A stretch of DNA of 64,000 nt, taken from Auanema rhodensis (Eukaryota > Animalia > Nematoda). Shown here one piece after another: positions 54,859 to 64,000 of the stretch (positions are counted from its first letter, which is position 1; every line of letters begins with the position of its first letter). The stretch is taken from contig OZ059899.1 in assembly GCA_964057225.1 (NCBI GenBank), forward strand, positions 9,672,001 to 9,736,000, in the 5' to 3' direction. The translations under genes and the position numbers were made by a program. Under the pieces are notes generated by a model. It was not told the origin of the DNA. It saw only the letters and a list, made by a program, of their open reading frames with translations, and did no database searches.

Positions 54859-56468
54859 TAATTTTTTTTCATTTCACTTGTCATTTACAAAAATCGAATT
54901 CATCTTTTTCAACGATTATTTTTGCAATGTGTCATAAGAATTTCACAGTTGAACAAAACGTTTTTTAAGAAGTTTTTTTGTTGTCAACATATATATTTTC
55001 CTGGAATTTGAAAGCATTTGGGATGGAAATTAGAGAGAAAAGAACTAGTTTTTCCTACTTTAAAACAAACAATAAGAAATTAAAAACGATTGTTAGATAT
55101 CCAATTTAAACTTATACATTTACTTCGATAAAGAGCCTATTAGTTTGAAATTTTATGTCTTACAGTTCTCCAACAGAACAGAGTGATCCTGATTTCTCTA
55201 TGATTACATAAAACTCTCGTTTGATATAAAAAAAGGAGAGGAATAACGTTTCCAGGATGTCAATGATATCGAATCTAGTGATATTGTAGAAAAATGTAAT
55301 GTCAGCTCCATAGGTTTTCTCTTAATTTCTCTCATCACAATAGTCTTAGTTTTTTTTCATAAGAGTTTCTGAAATCTTAGTTGAACAAGGCATTATATAT
55401 CTTTTTCTGAAATTCGAAAGCATTTGGGATGGAAATTAGAAAGAAAAGAACTAGTTTTTCCTATTTTAAAACAAACAATAAGAAATAAAATGAAAAAGAT
55501 TGTTAGATATCCAATTTAAACTTATACATTTACTTCGATAAAGAGCCTATTAGTTTGAAATTTTATGTCTTACAGTTCTCCAACACAACAGACTGATCCT
55601 GATTTTTCTACGATTACATAAAACTCTCGTTTGATATAAAAGCATATTGGATAGAAATTTCGAAAGCATTTTGGATGGAAATTAGAACGAAAAGAACTAG
55701 TTTTTTCTAATTTAAAACAAACAATAAGTAATAAAATAAAAAAGATTGTTAGATATCCAATTTAAACTTATACATTTACTTCGATAAAAAGTCTATTAGT
55801 TTGAAATTTTATGTCTTACAGTTTTCCAACAGAACAGACTAATCCTGATTTCTCTATGATTACATAAAACTCTCGTTTGATATAAAAAAAAGGAGAGGAA
55901 TAACGTTTCCAGGATGTCAATGATATCGAATCTAGTGATATTGTAGAAAAATGTAATGTCAGCTCCATAGGTTTTCTCTTAATTTCTCTCATCACAATAT
56001 TCTTAGTTTTTTTTAAGGTAAGGAAACCTTATATAGTATTCCTTACGAGCATAAAAAGTGGTTATCAGGTCCGCGGAACTTGGTTCCGCTTGAATTGGGC
56101 TTTCTTTAATTAAACTTAATATGAAAAAGTGTTCTTTCATTGTTGCATTGAATTCCTGTTTCTCAAATGTAGCGTCAGCTATTTGTTTTTATAATGTTCC
56201 GTTTTATAAGCGATTGACGTTGTCAATCGCTCTACTTATAGGACACGTATGGAACATGCCTAATATCGAAAAAGTAGCTGACCTCAGCTACATCGAGAAA
56301 GTGAAATTCCATGCAAATGTGAAAGTTGTATGAAATGTTTCAAAAAATAAAAGAATACTGATAATACAGAACAATTTTATGAGAAAAAATAAAGGAAAAC
56401 AATGTAATTACAAAATAATATATCATATATCATACTGGGAATCTTTCAAAAGTTCTTTTTAGTCTTCT

Positions 56469-57008
56469 TCATAATACTGGTGTATCTCTGGTAATGGTGA
56501 TGATCCTAGGTCGTGGAGAAGATCCATAGTCTTGTTGCATAAATCCGTTTTTCTTTCCATTTCTTTTTCTTGCCTCTGTGGATGGCAGTTCGCTGCAATG
56601 TTGCAGGCTCCATTCTTGATAGGCCGAATGGGTCTCGGCAATAATCCAGTTTGGTGTCTGCTGTTCTGGTGAATCGCAACTAGGTGAATAACCTAGTTGG
56701 TCCCTTAGTTCAGCAATGGCATCTCGGATGACTCCTGCTGTGTTGGTCCATGGTCCTATGCAGTGGTCAACCTCCGACAGTTGATCCTTGTCGTATTGGT
56801 AACATAGGATTTTGAGCGTTTCAGTACTGGTGTTCGCTCTTGTTAGTCCTTGAACTAACTCTTTCAGGATCTTCTCTTTCCTGGGGCGGTTGGCGATGGT
56901 ATTGGCGCCTAGCTGCTTCAATTCTCTTACTAATAGTTGAATTGAAAGCCATCTCTTCTTGGCCATCATGAGGGGAATTTCGACGGCTTCAGGAAGTTGG
57001 GTGGACAT
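56469..57008 (-). CDS. Hypothetical 179-aa protein, family not recognised
   Basis: ATG-initiated ORF (AACA-ATG context), higher GC than its AT-rich flanks, helical-looking N-terminal half. Confidence 0.4.
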   Translation of the reverse strand: MSTQLPEAVEIPLMMAKKRWLSIQLLVRELKQLGANTIANRPRKEKILKELVQGLTRANTSTETLKILCYQYDKDQLSEVDHCIGPWTNTAGVIRDAIAELRDQLGYSPSCDSPEQQTPNWIIAETHSAYQEWSLQHCSELPSTEARKRNGKKNGFMQQDYGSSPRPRIITITRDTPVL

Positions 57009-57370
57009 TGTTATCTTTGTTACTGTTTTCTGTCCTTTTATCCTTTTTAAAACTAGGTCGGTCTGTTCCTTCCTTTTTGTCGCCTCCTTTTTGACCAGTT
57101 AGGTGAAAAAGTGATGAAGATTGTTGATTAAAACTTTGCAGTGATTTTTGAAAGATTCCAAGTATGATGTATAATTTTATTTTGAAATTTTTGGTTATTA
57201 ATACAATATTTTTATGAGAGTGAAAAATAAAAATGTACAAACATTTGTGTAGAATTTTATGTATTACTTAAATGAGAAAAAAAAATTATATATAGGTTCA
57301 AGTTTAGATGAAAATTATGAAAATGGTATTATACTTTTTGTGATTTTTATATAGAAATTATGGATTTTTA

Positions 57371-57523
57371 CTATTGTTCTAGCTTCTTACTTGTAGTCCC
57401 AATAACTGTTGATGGTCTTTTCTTATGGATGACTGGTACTGTTGGTGCCACGAAGTTTGGGTCCGGGATCTGACTCTTCGAAACTCTCTTCTTCGGCTCT
57501 GTTACTGGTATGGTGCTGTGATA
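57371..57523 (-). other. 3' end of an ORF interrupted by the provirus insertion
   Basis: Open frame directly after the LTR end: YHSTIPVTEPKKRVSKSQIPDPNFVAPTVPVIHKKRPSTVIGTTSKKLEQ*. Confidence 0.35.
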
Positions 57524-57524
57524 C

Positions 57525-57905
57525 CGTTACATATTGTTTCTTCCCGTCTTTTCATGGTCGGAAGATATATGTACTTCTACCTTGTTCCTTAGGTAGGCAG
57601 ACCCGAACGCCCCGATTTCCTTATTAAGACAAATACTCAAAGAGAAAAGGATTCATTATCAGATAACAAGAAAATACAATATAAGAATTACATTAAGAAA
57701 GAATATAAAGAGATATAATAAAGTATTAAATAGAGTATATATATAGATGATATAGAGATGAGACTCACATGACTATAAGACAACCTATCTGGGTTAGGCC
57801 AGAAGCAAGAGTGCCATGTGTGTCCCATGTTGTGGGCGGGGCTTGTTCAGGCTCCCGCTATTTGAATAGCGCGCACATGTTTACCATGTGCTTGCAGATG
57901 TGACA
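57525..57905 (-). repeat. 3' LTR (381 bp), TGTCACAT...ATGTAACG
   Basis: Immediately follows the PPT; differs from the solo LTRs at only a handful of positions. Confidence 0.95.
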
Positions 57906-57917
57906 TCCCCCCACCTT
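57906..57917 (-). promoter_or_regulatory. Polypurine tract AAGGTGGGGGGA
   Basis: Directly abuts the TG start of the LTR. Confidence 0.9.
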
Positions 57918-57923
57918 AAAAAG

Positions 57924-57941
57924 TTGAACGTCCTCGTTCAA
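57924..57941 (-). promoter_or_regulatory. Pre-PPT hairpin TTGAACG-AGGA-CGTTCAA
   Basis: Perfect 7-bp stem; contains the GAGGAC motif often found just before gypsy PPTs. Confidence 0.65.
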
Positions 57942-58488
57942 AAACAAAATAAATTAATTCAATTTTTAAGATAGTTGGATGTTGGAAAAAAAATCATGGT
58001 GTAGTGGATAAAAAAATGTATACAATACGATTTGAAAGTTTAGCTATTGTCTCTTCAAGTTTGTTGAATTCGAAATGTAGTATCGAGTAGATTCTATTCC
58101 ATTCACTTGCAAACGAGAGCTTTGCTTCTAAACCATTCGACTGTGATATAGTCGTTCATTTTCTCGAGTTGTACAGGTACGGTGTTACCCTGAGAATAGG
58201 TCGAGCCCGTTCTGTACAAAAAAATGAAAACTCGTTTAACCCGTATGACTAATGTCCATAAGGTGAATACAAGTAATGATTATGCATAAAAAAATAGCAA
58301 GATTCACAAGAGAATGTTGAAAAATCTACTCAATGAGAGTTGGAGTAATAAAACAAAACCTTGTAAAACAATAGCAGACTTTTCAGAGAAAATCAATCAA
58401 CAACAAAGAAGTGTTACAATCAGAAATGGCACAAAATAAAATAAAATAAAAATTTCAACAATTTGATTTTGTTAAAAAAAAACTACCT

Positions 58489-60989
58489 TCAAGAAATTGT
58501 GATAACCGGAATAGATGTGGTCCGTTGGTAAGGTTTGACGAAGTCCTTGTGTACTCTTCTGCTTTTTCCTTTATCTGTTTGAACCACGACGAAAGATCTT
58601 TGAAGTGCTGTAACTAAATAAGGCCCTTCGAATGAAGGTGTTAGTTTGTTTCGAGTAGAATTCACTTTTATCATAACTAAGTCATCAACCTGAATTTCTT
58701 TATTTTGTGTTCTATTTCGTGTATTGTACCGTTGTTCATTCTTCTTTGTGCATGTTTCAATTCTATCTTTTACTATATTAGATGTGCTTTCATTTTGTAT
58801 TAGCGATCTATTGACAAAATCTTCTGTAGGATTGGCTGGTTCTTCAGTTTGAAGATTGTTTCCAGGCAATTGATGGTCAATAGGAAGTCTTGCATCCCGA
58901 CCAAATAATACAACATATGGACTAATAGATGTTGATGAGTTTGGTAACGTATTGATCGCAAACATAACTTTGGGTAGGTGTATATCCCAGTTAGTTTGTT
59001 GTTCATTCACGAATGAAGAGAGAGCTTCTTCCAAAGTTCTATGAAGTCTCTCAACTTGTCCATTAGCATTTTTATGATATGGTAGCGTAGTAGTGTGTTT
59101 AATTCCAAATTGTTTACACATAGCTTGAAATTCAGATGACAAAAAGCTACTACCATTATCGGTTATCATACTCATTGGTGGTCCATATATGAAAACAAAT
59201 CTAATTACAAACGCTTTTGTGATTTCAGTAGCCGTTTGTGTTATTAATGGGCAAGTTGTTCCCCATTTACTAAAAGCATCTTGAATACTCAAGATGTATC
59301 GATGTCCATCATTAGTGCGAGGTAAAGGACCTAGTATATCTACATGAATACGATCAAATGGCTTTTCGGGTATAACAAATCTTCCCATAGGTTGAATATA
59401 CGATTGGTGTGGGTTAGATTTCCTACTTGCACATTTTGTACAACGATTAATAAATTCAGTTATTTGTGGAACCATATTAGTCCAAAAGAATCGTCGTCGA
59501 ATCGCATCAGTAGTTTTATTTATACCTAGGTGTGCACCAATTTTGGAATCTTCATGGAAAAACTTGATAACAACATCAGTTATTTTGTCGTTTCGAGGCA
59601 AAATAATAGATGGTTTTAAATAATTTTTCGCTTGTTTTGCATGTAATATGCCTTCTCGTTCTTCATACCGGTCTGATATATTAGCCGGACAGTTATCATT
59701 ATTAATTTGAGAAAGTGCTTCGCGAATCCAGGGAACTCCAGCTTGAACTTTCCGTATTTCTTCACAATTTAGTTGGTCAATAGAAGAAATAGTTGTAATA
59801 TGAGCAATAAAAGCATCAACAGGTTTTACTTTGTCTTTTGGTTTAGTAGGACGACTGTCATTTGCTTCGTTTCCTATATACCTAGAGAGAGCATCACAGA
59901 CACTGTTTAATTTGCCAGGACGATATTCAATCTTTATGTTGAAATCTTGTATCATTAGTTGATACTTGGCTAATCTACCTATGAGATCTTTACGCGACAT
60001 TAAACTGGTTAATGGTCGGTGATCTGTGATAACTGTGGTAGGTACTCCTAATACATAGGTATGGAATTGTTGAAGAGCAAAGACTAAACCGAGTGCTTCA
60101 ACTTCAATAGGAGGATATTTCCGTTCCGCTGGAGTCAACTTTCTACTAGCAAACGCAATCGGGTGTAAAGGAGAATTTTTCTCTGCTGATTGCAATAAAA
60201 CTGCTCCCACAGCGATCATACTGCCATCACTTTCTATAACAAAAGGTTGGTCTGCTTTAGGAGGTTTCAGTACAGGGGCAGTACACAGTAATGTTTTTAA
60301 AGTTTTAAATGCGTCTGCATGTTCCGATTTCCACTCAAAAGGAGTATCCTTATGTGTTAACTTATACAATGGCTCAGCTATTCCGGCATAATTTTGAATA
60401 AACCGTCGAAAATAGTTAGTCATACCTAGAAAGGATCTGACAGCCGTAACTGTGCTTGGATTTGGAAATTCGGAAACAGCCTGTATTTTAGCAGGATCTG
60501 GTTTAACACCATTTCTACCTATTACAAAACCCAAAAACTTTACTTCAGTGGCTGCAAAGCAACATTTAGATAATTTAATTTTTAACCCTAGTTCAGTTAC
60601 CTTTTTCAGCACTTCTTGTATATCTTTTAAATGTTCTTCAGCTGAGTTCGAAATTATTAGCAAATCATCTAGATATACAAACAGTTTGCATCTAACAAGA
60701 GATTGCAAGTATCGTACTGCGGATTGAAAAGTGTGTGGCGCTCCACACAATCCCATAGGCATTCGGCAATACTGATAGGTACCTGATGGAGTGGTAAAAG
60801 CAGTTAGGTATCTATCTGAGTGTTTCAACGGTATTTGGAAGAAACCAGAAATGAGATCAAAATTCGAAAAGAACTGAGCTCCAGCCGCTAAGTCTATGAT
60901 ATCAGGAATGTGTGGGATGCTGTATGTTTGTTTCTTAGTAACACTATTCAATGCTCTAAAGTCAGTAACGAACCGGAAAGAATTATCTT
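58489..60989 (-). CDS. pol: Pol: RT (N-terminally truncated), RNase H and integrase; frame open, but the 5' end is lost
   Basis: YLDD; IESDGS...VGAVL and YPPIEVEALG...TDHRPL...CDALSR; H-x7-H...CTKC; VDILGP, ITDNG, NGQVERLHRTL; FEGPY. The ORF-track N-terminus MYNSD...FHFQ is env DNA read in another frame. Confidence 0.92.
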
Positions 60990-63900
60990 GAAAGTGAAAT
61001 ATAATGCTATCATTAGACATAATATCAGAGTTATACAACAGATGGTAATGAGTGTTCGTTCAATTGAACCTATACAAAAGTCAATGAACAGATCCCAATT
61101 GGAGAAAACAATTTTCCTGGCATCTCTTATAAGTTTACTTCCTTTGAAGATGAAAGAGGAAATTTGAGGCCAATCACGTGAACGAGAAATTACGCGGAGA
61201 AGATCATGGTGAGGTGAAGTAGATAAACTATAACCATAAGTTAATCCAATAGATAGGGCTAAGGATTTTTCAGTCGAATTTTCAAACAAATTCCGCCCTG
61301 TGAATCGAAGTTTACTCAATTCAGCATAATGATCATGTTTTTCTGAATGAATACTATCTACTTTATGTGTGTCACCTTTATAATCTCTCCATGTTCCATT
61401 TTCATACCAAATCTCTGTCTCTTTGTGTTCACAATTGATCTCATGTCCTTCAGTGCTCAAATCGTAGCTATCGATAGGAGCAAAGAATAATTGTTTATCG
61501 TGTGTTAAAACAGGGGTCTCTGCATAACATTTATCATTGTAAGAATGATTACGATAAATGAAATGTGGTTCTATTTCCTGACAAGTTGTTATTTTTAAAA
61601 CATTTCTTCCAACAAATCGGGCAACGATATCATCCCGCTGAAGCATAGCTCTTACTCCTATTGTAGGATGTATACGTAATATAGCTTGCCAGCTTTTTAC
61701 AGTTTCCATTTGAGATTTACAGATGGTATGAAACTGTTGATGAAATTCGTCAATTATGGAGAGACGCGCTTTCTCAAACCCATAATTCAACTTATTATCT
61801 ATTATCGTTTTAGTTTTATGCTCTGATTTGTGGAGAACATTGTCATATACTTCTGCTACATACAACTCTCGACCTCTCTCGTACGCATTAGGGGTAGGAG
61901 TTGTTAAACTACGAATTGTAGTTTTGGTGGCAGTTATTGGGGTTACAGTAGTATGCTGTACCATATTTTTATCAGTTGTGATTTGAGTTTTAACCCAACT
62001 TATGAATTCTAAAACTTCTGTTTTATTGAATTTAGGATTTTCCTGTGGGTATTCGATGGACTGTGGAGGAAATCCATAATATGCTGTACTATTCTTTGTA
62101 TAAAGGTTGTGATAGTCAGGCAGCTTGGATATAATTGCTAAATCTTGCTCTTGGTTGTTTCTAACAGTAGCATCAGCTTTTTGTTGTCGACTGACTTGCA
62201 TGTCACGAGATATTTGTTCTTTTCCCGATTGTTGTTGGATCATGAATAACATGCCTTGAGCAGTTGCAATAATTTCAGATTGATTCATATTTCCACTGCG
62301 TGCTAATATAGATGGATATAAGGCTCTGGCCAACTGTTCGATTGATGGAACTGTTTGTGTACCATCAAGAATTGTGGCTTGATATACTACTGCGTGAGCC
62401 ATTCCTCGAAAGAAGTCTTCTATGGATGTTGTAGATTTCATCAACGATCTTTTTAACCGAGGAACTTCTATACGACGAGCTACTTGAGTGATAAGATCAT
62501 CCAATTTCATGCTATTAATCACCTGTCTAGTAGCCAGTTTAATTTCCTCTATACCCATACATTGTAAAATCAAAAGATTGGGATCTTTGAAATTATTAGA
62601 CTTTGCCCAGTTAGTTATGTGATCTTTTGTCAATCCTAAACTAACAATTGTGTCAATGAACAGTGGATTATCTATCGCGAATTGGAGCAAACTCTCATAA
62701 GATGATGTAGCTGCATATCTCATATATTTTGCGTAAAACTTAGTGATAGATGCAGATCCAAAAATGAAAGTAGGTCTTAGAAATGGAAACGCATATGGTT
62801 GGGATTTCGCATTAACAAAAAGATAATCATCACTGAAAGAGCGATGTTTTTGAGGTAATGCATTACGTTTATTTCTGCGTCTATCAGCATTAAGCAAAGT
62901 ATTGGAAAGATCAAGCAAATTATAAACACGGGGATATGCTGTGAATCGGATAATTGCCTCAGAGGATGATTCAAAAACAGCGAATTCGAAACAAGATTGA
63001 ACGTGAGCGGATGTGGAATGATTTTGGAGAACAAAAGCGCTTTCAATAGAGTGAACTAGAAGAATATGATCACCCAACATGGCGGAGAAGGGGCCAAGTT
63101 TTTGATAGTGACAGACAACTGATGGGATAGGTGATTGCCAGATAACTGCACCTTCACCAGTTGCACAAAACCCTTCATTTCCTTTACAATTATCAGTATT
63201 TATAAATAAGTCTGATACAATGTGATCTTCTTTCAATCTAGTTATTATCCCTCGCTTCAATACAAATTGTTCAATTTCTACACATTCTTCAGTGGACCAA
63301 GAGCGAGTTGGATTATGCTCGTTTAATGGTGTTTCAAAAACTGAATGCTGTTGGGCATTCATGATTTTATCATTCCACATACGATTTCTATGTGCTCGAA
63401 CACAATCTTTCTTATCTACTGTTTCAATATGAGAGAATGTGGTGTTACGATCTCTCAAAAACATGAAATCTCTCACACAGCTTTTATACTTTTTCACATA
63501 GCATTTCCATGCTTCCCATGACTCTATCTCAGCCTTTGGTAGATATATTTCTACCTCAACACTGTGAGCCTTTTCAATTTCTGCCTTATGGCAGCCTGTG
63601 ACCACAGGAGGTGTTACTAATATACCCCCTTCAGATTGAGCGCAAATCTGATATTTTGCCGACCCAAAGGGAAGGCATGAGAGTGCCAATAAAGTCAGGC
63701 ACAACGTGACCGGTGGCATGAATGGGGTCGCTACGCTGTATACCCTTGAGTTACCATTCCCATTGGCTGATGGTCTTTGTCTTCTTGGGGAACTAGGCCT
63801 AGGGTTCCAAGACGAGCTATTGGCATTTCTGCCATTGGCAAATGGGCGGTTTCCCGGGTTAGGACGCCTATTCATATTCCCGTTCTGCGAGTTATTATTC

Positions 63901-64000
63901 TTATAACGTACGGCAGAAGGTCGCTCTCTCTCTCGCTCATAATCATTAGAGCCATTATTGTGCTGAGTCCAGTCATTATTTCTTTCATAATTTTCATAAT
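60948..64000 (-). CDS. env: Gag-Env polyprotein: Gag C-terminus fused in frame to a gB-like class III viral fusion glycoprotein (5'-partial)
   Basis: Frame is open upstream of the 63875 ATG to the window edge (YENYERNNDWTQHNNGSNDYERERERP...); signal peptide VTLCLTLLALSCLPFGSA; furin sites RRRNKR and RLKR; gB-like ICKSQ...W...IHPT...ARFVG..L.ITTC...CYAETPV; TM TLITICCITLILCLMIALYF. Confidence 0.85.
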   Translation of the reverse strand, partial: YENYERNNDWTQHNNGSNDYERERERPSAVRYKNNNSQNGNMNRRPNPGNRPFANGRNANSSSWNPRPSSPRRQRPSANGNGNSRVYSVATPFMPPVTLCLTLLALSCLPFGSAKYQICAQSEGGILVTPPVVTGCHKAEIEKAHSVEVEIYLPKAEIESWEAWKCYVKKYKSCVRDFMFLRDRNTTFSHIETVDKKDCVRAHRNRMWNDKIMNAQQHSVFETPLNEHNPTRSWSTEECVEIEQFVLKRGIITRLKEDHIVSDLFINTDNCKGNEGFCATGEGAVIWQSPIPSVVCHYQKLGPFSAMLGDHILLVHSIESAFVLQNHSTSAHVQSCFEFAVFESSSEAIIRFTAYPRVYNLLDLSNTLLNADRRRNKRNALPQKHRSFSDDYLFVNAKSQPYAFPFLRPTFIFGSASITKFYAKYMRYAATSSYESLLQFAIDNPLFIDTIVSLGLTKDHITNWAKSNNFKDPNLLILQCMGIEEIKLATRQVINSMKLDDLITQVARRIEVPRLKRSLMKSTTSIEDFFRGMAHAVVYQATILDGTQTVPSIEQLARALYPSILARSGNMNQSEIIATAQGMLFMIQQQSGKEQISRDMQVSRQQKADATVRNNQEQDLAIISKLPDYHNLYTKNSTAYYGFPPQSIEYPQENPKFNKTEVLEFISWVKTQITTDKNMVQHTTVTPITATKTTIRSLTTPTPNAYERGRELYVAEVYDNVLHKSEHKTKTIIDNKLNYGFEKARLSIIDEFHQQFHTICKSQMETVKSWQAILRIHPTIGVRAMLQRDDIVARFVGRNVLKITTCQEIEPHFIYRNHSYNDKCYAETPVLTHDKQLFFAPIDSYDLSTEGHEINCEHKETEIWYENGTWRDYKGDTHKVDSIHSEKHDHYAELSKLRFTGRNLFENSTEKSLALSIGLTYGYSLSTSPHHDLLRVISRSRDWPQISSFIFKGSKLIRDARKIVFSNWDLFIDFCIGSIERTLITICCITLILCLMIALYFTFKIILSGSLLTLEH

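Larger units (their letters stand above)
20207..56014 (+). repeat. Tandem tRNA-Arg(ACG) satellite array, block 2 (41 tRNA copies, many 410-bp tRNA-less units, higher-order repeats of 2988/2578/3865/2043 bp)
   Basis: Offsets: 24641->27629 (2988), 27849->30427 (2578), 38587->42452 and 41433->45298 (3865), 48923->50966 (2043); tRNA-less run 32827/33237/33647/34057/34467 (410). Confidence 0.97.
57525..64000 (-). mobile_element. Env-bearing Ty3/gypsy (Metaviridae-like) provirus with gene order gag-env-pol; 5' part lies outside the window; PR and RT N-terminus deleted
   Basis: Gag C-terminus, glycoprotein, RT-RH-IN (gypsy order, GPY/F motif), PPT and 3' LTR are collinear on the - strand. Confidence 0.93.

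Noticed and set aside
2624-56014. CRISPR array or SINE interpretation of the regularly spaced 73-bp repeat
   Set aside because: The repeat is a complete tRNA, the spacers are themselves repeated, and there are no cas genes, poly-A tails or TSDs
57990-58220. Possible small spliced accessory exon in the provirus 3' UTR (TTTTTGTACAG acceptor on the - strand)
   Set aside because: Frames are short and lack motifs; cannot be supported without RNA data
58489-58700. Chromodomain at the integrase C-terminus
   Set aside because: The ORF ends shortly after the GPY/F module; no chromodomain motif seen

Overview
AT-rich eukaryotic DNA, most likely from a nematode: the tRNA-Arg(ACG) sequence matches the nematode gene as I recall it. 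About 49 kb (2624-16122 and about 20207-56014) is a satellite-like tandem array on the + strand. It has a ~609-bp unit carrying tRNA-Arg(ACG) (55 copies counted by eye), ~410-bp tRNA-deleted units, and higher-order repeats of 1258, 2043, 2578, 2988 and 3865 bp. One Ty3/gypsy LTR family recurs through the window: five 380-bp solo LTRs at the same array position, two inverted and rearranged gag/pol relics (1-2623 and 16129-20202), and the 3' part of a provirus at 57525-64000 on the - strand. The provirus is the main finding. Its gene order is gag-env-pol. Gag runs in frame, through an internal signal peptide, into a herpesvirus-gB/chuvirus-like class III fusion glycoprotein with two furin sites, a mucin-like tract and a TM helix. 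RT-RNaseH-integrase, a PPT and an LTR with a non-canonical TG...CG end follow. This copy has lost its protease and RT N-terminus. All calls are by eye; no searches were run.
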